Below, one piece after another: positions 25,511 to 29,209 of a DNA stretch of 29,209 bases. Source of the stretch: a virus (taxonomy: Duplodnaviria; Caudoviricetes); IMG/VR virus record IMGVR_UViG_3300048113_000768, positions 1-29,209 of that record, one strand, 5' to 3'. How positions within the stretch are numbered: the stretch's first letter is position 1; each line of letters starts with the position of its first letter. The notes under the pieces are model-generated. The model was not told the origin of the DNA. It made no database searches and was given only the letters and a program-made list of their open reading frames with translations. The position numbers and the translations under genes were made by a program.

Positions 25511-25594
25511 AATATAATTGTTTTAAAATACGGCTAAAAAGCACTAGCCGCTTGTGCATCAATTTAATGTAAATATAATACTTTTATTTGGAAA

Positions 25595-25804
25595 TTACGT
25601 TCTGTTTTCGTTCCAATATCTATCTTTTACTAACTGTGCATCTTTTACGCATTTGCAAAGTTTTTGAAATGATTTGTCTTTTTTGTAAAGCTCTGTAGTA
25701 TCGGGTATAACTTTAAAATCCAATACTTTTAAATTTTGTGATAAATAGTCTTGTAACATTATCACGTCTTTTTTGTCTATTTCTATTGTTGTATTTATTA
25801 TCAT
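25595..25804 (-). CDS. Hypothetical protein, 69 aa
   Basis: ORF track; ATGA overlap with the upstream ORF. Confidence 0.65.
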   Translation of the reverse strand: MIINTTIEIDKKDVIMLQDYLSQNLKVLDFKVIPDTTELYKKDKSFQKLCKCVKDAQLVKDRYWNENRT

Positions 25805-25944
25805 TTTAAGGGTTTATTATAAGGTGAATGTTCATTGTATTGCGAAGTTACATCTAAAATTACAGAGTTTTCCCATCTTCGTCTTTTGGTAACTATTATA
25901 CCGATATCTTTAAGACTTACTACTTTTTTTTCTTTTCTTTTCAT
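25801..25944 (-). CDS. Small basic hypothetical protein, 47 aa (not in ORF track)
   Basis: MKRKEKKVVSLKDIGIIVTKRRRWENSVILDVTSQYNEHSPYNKPLK*; fills the gap. Confidence 0.55.
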   Translation of the reverse strand: MKRKEKKVVSLKDIGIIVTKRRRWENSVILDVTSQYNEHSPYNKPLK

Positions 25945-25946
25945 AT

Positions 25947-26339
25947 TTATATTTTTACATATTTAATCCAATTTCCTTTTGCCTCCAAAACAAACTGCTT
26001 TTGCATATCAAACTCGTTTTGTTTTTCCTCTTCAATATCTTTTATTAATTGCATCCAAAGATCTTGAAACTTTAAAACTATTTGCTCTCTTTGATCACCT
26101 GTCAAATCATATACTTTAAACTCGTCTCCATCTTCAAAATAAAGCTCGTTTATATGTAGATTATCATCGGTAGGTTCCTCAAATGGTGAACACTCACAGT
26201 ATAAACTCATAAAGTATTTTTTATGCTTTGCGCTCATTGAGATCATTTCTACAGTGTTTGCTTCACTGTGGCCATCTTCTTTTAACTTGTTTAAAAGCTT
26301 TAAAAATATCTTATTTGGAACTGTGATCATAATTTTCAT
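25947..26339 (-). CDS. Hypothetical protein, ~130 aa
   Basis: ORF track; exact start uncertain (Met1 or Met4). Confidence 0.65.
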   Translation of the reverse strand: MKIMITVPNKIFLKLLNKLKEDGHSEANTVEMISMSAKHKKYFMSLYCECSPFEEPTDDNLHINELYFEDGDEFKVYDLTGDQREQIVLKFQDLWMQLIKDIEEEKQNEFDMQKQFVLEAKGNWIKYVKI

Positions 26340-26502
26340 TGTGTTTGTTAATTAACTCTTTTGCATCTTCTAAGTATGAAGGTGCCAGATCTTTTAAAAC
26401 TCCCCTGTTATCTTCTAAGTAACTGAAATAGGTTTCTAGCCTTAACTTCATTGCATATAAAGTTAGGTAATCATCTTTTGGTACTGTAAGTGTATCTTTC
26501 AT
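26311..26502 (-). CDS. Hypothetical protein, 63 aa
   Basis: ORF track; first gene after a TAnnTTTG box. Confidence 0.65.
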   Translation of the reverse strand: MKDTLTVPKDDYLTLYAMKLRLETYFSYLEDNRGVLKDLAPSYLEDAKELINKHNENYDHSSK

Positions 26503-26542
26503 TTTGCTTGTTTAACGTAGTGGTTAATTCCTTACTACATCA

Positions 26543-26550
26543 CAAATGTA
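26543..26550 (-). promoter_or_regulatory. Possible Bacteroidota -7 promoter box TACATTTG for the early gene cluster
   Basis: Matches TAnnTTTG in the intergenic gap ~40 nt before the ATG at 26502; no clear TTG at -33. Confidence 0.45.
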
Positions 26551-26561
26551 AACAAAATTGT

Positions 26562-27023
26562 TTATAAAAAAAAGGAAAATAAAATAATTCCTATAGAAAC
26601 CCCAACAACACCGTAGACAAACCTACCTTTTTTTAGGCGCTTTATATCCGATAAATACATATCTTCTTTTATAGATTGTATCTCTGTTTGAGTTTGAAAA
26701 TCTTTACCTTTAAGATAGATTTGATTTTCTAGTTTTGGTATTATTTTAGTATCGTAATTGAATAAGAGCTTTTCCTTCTGGTCCACGCGGCTGTTAAGTA
26801 CGCCTATTTGCTCTTTTAAGTTGGTTATTAGGGTATCTTGTGTTAAAAAGCCCCTACGGTATTGCTCGTATACATTTAGCCGATAATAGGCTATGCTGGT
26901 GCTGTCAGTTTTTGGTATACTCAACGATGGCTGCGATACTATCGAGTTTATGGTAAGGCAATATAAGATCACGTATACTGGCCATTTGATCTTTAAGCAA
27001 AGTATTTTTTTTAAGTATATCAT
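26562..27023 (-). CDS. Membrane protein with N-terminal hydrophobic segment, coiled coil and C-terminal TM helix (spanin-like candidate)
   Basis: WPVYVILYCLTINSIVS; heptad region; C-terminal FVYGVVGVSIGIILFSFFL. Confidence 0.55.
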   Translation of the reverse strand: MIYLKKILCLKIKWPVYVILYCLTINSIVSQPSLSIPKTDSTSIAYYRLNVYEQYRRGFLTQDTLITNLKEQIGVLNSRVDQKEKLLFNYDTKIIPKLENQIYLKGKDFQTQTEIQSIKEDMYLSDIKRLKKGRFVYGVVGVSIGIILFSFFL

Positions 27024-27255
27024 AATATTTTTTTTTAAAGCCGTTATCTATAAATACAATCTCTTTATTTTCCTTGTCTACATTGTTAATCTCATCCTGT
27101 AAACATTGTATTTCGTTACGGTCCTTTTCCTGTTCTTTTTTTAGGTTTGATATTCTTTGCTCTTGAATATCTTTGTACTGGCTTGATCCATTGCCGGAAA
27201 AAACTAACATCAAGATCAAGACCAGTATAATAATATATAAGAAATTTTTGCTCAT
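26905..27255 (-). CDS. N-terminally anchored coiled-coil protein (i-spanin-like candidate)
   Basis: FLYIIILVLILMLVFS TM helix followed by charged coiled coil; lysis cluster. Confidence 0.55.
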   Translation of the reverse strand: MSKNFLYIIILVLILMLVFSGNGSSQYKDIQEQRISNLKKEQEKDRNEIQCLQDEINNVDKENKEIVFIDNGFKKKYYDILKKNTLLKDQMASIRDLILPYHKLDSIAAIVEYTKN

Positions 27256-27256
27256 C

Positions 27257-28471
27257 TTAAAAGTATTTTGGGCTTATAACCTTGCTACCATCGGATCTAT
27301 AGTTAAAAATATAGTAGCCCCTTTTTCCTCTCTGAAAATTTGTTTGCACCCACTCACTGCTAGGGCTTAAAGCTGGGTAGTTATAATAATCAAATTTATC
27401 GCTCGTGCTGCTATCAAGTATATCTTGGTGACTATCTCCTTTGCTAAACTCAATTTTAACGCCTTTTTGCATTAAATAGTTTTCGTCTATATAATTACTA
27501 ATTTTCTTTTCCTGTTTTGGATCAAGTATCGGTTTAAATCCAAATTTAAGATGTTTGCCGTCTTTACCATGTGTAAGTATAAAACAATTATTTTCAATGT
27601 TATAATGATTTATAAATGATCTAAAATTAACGACCTCCACGTTTTCATGCTTGATCTCTGTTATCTTTTTAAATGCAGAATTTACCACGTACCCAAAACT
27701 TCCAGCGTGATTGTCATTACATATATTGTGGCAAATAATTTTATCGTAATACTTTGCCAGAGAATCTACCATCTTTATTTTAAACCCAATACCGATATCA
27801 AAAGCTTTTTCGTTATCCATATTTTGCGGTAGCTTATGGCCCTTCCTTGTTGTCTCGCCATCCCAGCCATCCATAAAATCTCCTAACTCATCAATTATTA
27901 AGGTATTGCTTTTTTGCTGTGATATAACAGACTGTATAATATCTTCAAGTGTATTTTCTATCTGTTTTTCGTTCCAGTCAGTAGCGTACATTGCGTGACC
28001 GTTTTCGTTTGTCTCCATACCAATATGAACATCGGTATAAACAAGCCTGTCAAAAGCAAAACTATATTCTTTAGGATTTTTTTCTATTGATACTCTTTTA
28101 CAGTATTTCTCTATTATAGGATCAAAGTTTATTTCCTTTACTTCGTCAATTACATCTTTTGGCACCGTCTGGATCCACTGCTGGCCGGTAGACTTTGACG
28201 TACTAATTTTTGTTATCTTGAAACCTTCCGGTACATCTATAACAGGATTTTGTAACTTTTCCGTAGAGGATATAACATTTCCTTTTTTGTCTTTTTTTAT
28301 GATCGTTTCTACAAAGTGGCCTTTGGAATCATTTAACCTGTAAGCTGTTAAAATATCGCATTGCTCCTGTGTTAAATAGTATCTGGCCTGTGTTCTGCCC
28401 TCCTCACTACTTTTTACCTTTAATTTCAAGTACTCTGCCTCGTGATCATATAATCTTAATCTTAGCTTCAT
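27257..28471 (-). CDS. Calcineurin-like metallophosphoesterase
   Basis: Motifs DVHIG, LGDFMDG, NDNH, THG and GDSH in the expected order. Confidence 0.85.
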   Translation of the reverse strand: MKLRLRLYDHEAEYLKLKVKSSEEGRTQARYYLTQEQCDILTAYRLNDSKGHFVETIIKKDKKGNVISSTEKLQNPVIDVPEGFKITKISTSKSTGQQWIQTVPKDVIDEVKEINFDPIIEKYCKRVSIEKNPKEYSFAFDRLVYTDVHIGMETNENGHAMYATDWNEKQIENTLEDIIQSVISQQKSNTLIIDELGDFMDGWDGETTRKGHKLPQNMDNEKAFDIGIGFKIKMVDSLAKYYDKIICHNICNDNHAGSFGYVVNSAFKKITEIKHENVEVVNFRSFINHYNIENNCFILTHGKDGKHLKFGFKPILDPKQEKKISNYIDENYLMQKGVKIEFSKGDSHQDILDSSTSDKFDYYNYPALSPSSEWVQTNFQRGKRGYYIFNYRSDGSKVISPKYF

Positions 28472-28474
28472 AAC

Positions 28475-29017
28475 TTATTTTATTTGGGTTAAAAATTCCT
28501 TTATTATATAAGCCATCTTTTCCGCAGATCCTATCTTGGCGCAATCGTCATCATTTGTACCAAAAAATGGTTCTATAAGTATAACCGGTGCCTTTGGATA
28601 GTAAACAGAAGCGAAGCCCCTATCTTTTTTATTTACAAGCGCCTTAACGCCTCCATTTCTTGATTTTATACCAGTAATACCACATACGGTATCGGTAAAA
28701 ATATGAGCAAACTCTTTGCCTTTTTTGCTGTTAAAATAGTATAGGGTTTCACAGCCGTTTGCTTGTGGCGTTGCTGCGTTAAAATGTAGTTCTATAACCA
28801 GATCAAAATTAAACTTGTTCAGTTTGCTGGCCGTCTCTTTGATTCTTTCGGTGTAGCTACTTACATTTGAGTTGTGATAGAAAAGATTTAATTTGCCTGT
28901 CTTATACTCCAAGTGTTTTATTACATCGGTATAAAAGTCAAATTCGTTTGCAAATAGATAAGACGAAAAGGCACCCTTTGATTTTTTGTGGTGCCCAATA
29001 ACAAAAGCTATATTCAT
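28475..29017 (-). CDS. N-acetylmuramoyl-L-alanine amidase (Amidase_3), probable endolysin
   Basis: Zn ligands GH...E...ELHFNA, ANG.E.LY, catalytic LIEPFF.TN..D. Confidence 0.9.
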   Translation of the reverse strand: MNIAFVIGHHKKSKGAFSSYLFANEFDFYTDVIKHLEYKTGKLNLFYHNSNVSSYTERIKETASKLNKFNFDLVIELHFNAATPQANGCETLYYFNSKKGKEFAHIFTDTVCGITGIKSRNGGVKALVNKKDRGFASVYYPKAPVILIEPFFGTNDDDCAKIGSAEKMAYIIKEFLTQIK

Positions 29018-29073
29018 AATAAATTGGTTTTTAATTTATTACAATATACAAAAATAATACAACTTTAATTTAT

Positions 29074-29208
29074 TTAAGATATTTTTTTAGAAATAATCTT
29101 AATGATCAAAGCTTGTATTGCCTTTACAAATACAATTATGCGCCCCCACAAAAACAAAATAGCAAGGCAAAGAAATATCCAGTTTACATTGGACCATACA
29201 TCGGCTTT
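29074..29208 (-). CDS. 3' end of a membrane protein (holin candidate), truncated by window edge
   Basis: ...KADVWSNVNWIFLCLAILFLWGRIIVFVKAIQALIIKIISKKIS*; hydrophobic helix with basic tail, directly upstream of the amidase. Confidence 0.45.
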   Translation of the reverse strand, partial: KADVWSNVNWIFLCLAILFLWGRIIVFVKAIQALIIKIISKKIS

Positions 29209-29209
29209 A

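Noticed and set aside
360-27832. All plus-strand ORFs in the track (e.g. 529..1002, 9696..10151, 22387..22719)
   Set aside because: They lie antisense to, or overlap, well-supported minus-strand genes and read as Ser/Phe/Leu-rich shadow frames with no recognisable motifs.
1800-29000. Impression that GATC and GGCC palindromes are frequent for an AT-rich phage
   Set aside because: Cannot be quantified by eye; needs an observed/expected tetranucleotide calculation before any claim about restriction avoidance.
1-29209. Alternative genetic code (stop-codon reassignment)
   Set aside because: Standard-code ORFs tile the window with intact long genes; TAA, TAG and TGA all occur as stops at tight gene junctions.
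1-29209. Prophage status, tRNA genes or integrase/att sites
   Set aside because: No integrase, repressor, host genes or tRNA cloverleaf recognised; lifestyle cannot be determined from this window.

Overview
AT-rich, gene-dense 29 kb segment of a tailed dsDNA phage (Caudoviricetes), probably infecting a Bacteroidota/Flavobacteriaceae host: it has a TTG-N19-TAnnTTTG promoter and a BT4734/VirE-N-type primase. Essentially all real genes lie on the minus strand. In transcription order (right to left) the modules are: lysis (partial membrane gene, Amidase_3 endolysin, metallophosphoesterase, two overlapping membrane proteins); early/replication (SSB-like, DUF3310-like, iteron-like non-coding region, primase-NTPase, SF2 helicase, VRR-NUC, DnaA-C-like HTH, sigma-like factor); packaging (TerS, PBSX-type TerL); tail and head (frameshifting chaperone, tail proteins, tape-measure-like protein, XkdF-like protease/scaffold, capsid, tail-tube-like protein, portal, adaptor, adhesin-bearing tube paralogue). 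The main finding is a 1171-aa portal 'polyprotein'. After the portal core it carries a GNAT-like cassette, a MuF/minor-capsid-like Cys/His domain, an ART-PolyVal-like cassette and a further C-terminal domain. Both enzyme cassettes open with the same 19-aa peptide (LAGFDPxQKRGxDGxWGSG) and close with a Cys followed by E..N-[VI]-N-L-S. [VI]-x-L-[SA] sites like those in the protease scaffold separate the domains, suggesting a capsid-loaded, protease-released effector system. Also found: four copies of a bipartite late-promoter-like motif (three abut the ATG), a -1 frameshift site, and a pseudoknot/terminator-like leader before the primase. All family assignments come from motif recognition by eye; no database search was run.
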